Source of the DNA: Raillietiella orientalis
Taxonomy: Eukaryota
Assembly (NCBI GenBank): GCA_036172245.1
Contig: JAYWIR010000032.1
Span: 1,612,001-1,676,000 of the forward strand
Direction: 5' to 3'
DNA length: 64,000 nt
The notes below the pieces were generated by a model. It searched no databases. It saw only the letters and a list, made by a program, of their open reading frames with translations, and was not told the origin of the DNA. Position 1 is the stretch's first letter. Each line of letters starts with the position of its first letter. This document shows positions 63,311-64,000 of the stretch, one piece after another. The translations under genes and the position numbers were made by a program.

Positions 63311-63559
63311 AATTTCTTTCTGTTCCCTTAATATTTTCCTGTTGTTGTATCAGGAAACTACTCTCTTTCCCTCAACTTCCCCGGTGCGGCCCTTCAACGG
63401 CAAGCTGCTTGAAAGCAGAAATGCCTCCTGGACTTTCGCTGACGTATCGCGATTCGAACCCAGCTACAAGAAAAGCCCACCCATGTCTATGGCATCGTAT
63501 AGTGGATACGCATCTTTTTTTCTTTTACATTAAAGGGGTCGGCGAATCCACGTAGACAC

Positions 63560-64000
63560 TGATGCATGTTTGTCCACGCTTTGCTCGTCGTGCAAGAAGG
63601 CGGTACAAGCCAGCCAAGGGGGGATCTCTGCCAGGTACTGTGAAAGGGAAGTCTTCCTCACCTACCGGTTGTGTGTCCCGCCCTCCGGAGTGCCTGGGAG
63701 TATGTCGCTACGACCCTGCCTCCCCCAGAGGGACAATCCCCAAGGAACTGTTGAGACGCCTCTTCGCCCACGCGGCGGGTGTCACCTGCCGCGGCAAGCG
63801 GTGGCAGCGGTCCTGTGCTGCCTCCGCGGGGCCAAGAAGCCATGGCGAAAGAGGTCCTGGAAACGGAGCCGACCAAGATCTCGTTCATGAGGATGCCCAT
63901 CAGATGCCCCACCGCACAAGGCATCAGGAGGACCTTGCCAGCGTCCTGGAAAGGATGCAGGGGACTCCCAGGGAGGCCTATGTAACCCCTTCTCTTGCTC
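63560..64000 (+). mobile_element. Tx1/L1-like LINE 3' fragment
   Basis: CTCGTTCATGAGGATGCCCATCAGATG...CTTGCCAGCGTCCTGGAAAGGATGCAGGGGACTCCC is homologous to the other Tx1-like ends. Confidence 0.6.

Noticed and set aside
1..64000. CRISPR array or prokaryotic operon/defence system
   Set aside because: No regularly spaced repeat-spacer array; the content is eukaryotic (spliceosomal introns, histone, Nup160).

Overview
Eukaryotic nuclear DNA from an arthropod, possibly a crustacean. The evidence is an arthropod-type U2 fragment (ATCAAAGTGTA), degenerate (TTAGG)n and a gustatory receptor. Three host genes are supported: a complete multi-exon Nup160 (42328-47890, +) with 42-60 nt introns, one of them U12-type; a sugar/trehalose-type gustatory receptor (-) with two exons separated by a 9.2 kb intron, whose 3' exons I could not find; and an intact solitary histone H2B nested in that intron. 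The rest is mostly decayed repeats: a degenerate 28S rRNA copy with an intact R2 site; about 8 copies of a tRNA-derived SINE-like family; 5 Tx1/L1-like LINE 3' ends, with an apparently conserved structured 3' UTR seen in four places; RLE-type (R2/Utopia-like) and DIRS-like remnants; pogo/Tigger and piggyBac remnants; hAT MITEs; and two copies of a mariner-derived foldback element. Most entries in the ORF track are spurious. All homology calls are by-eye motif recognition with no database search, and the boundaries of degenerate elements are approximate.
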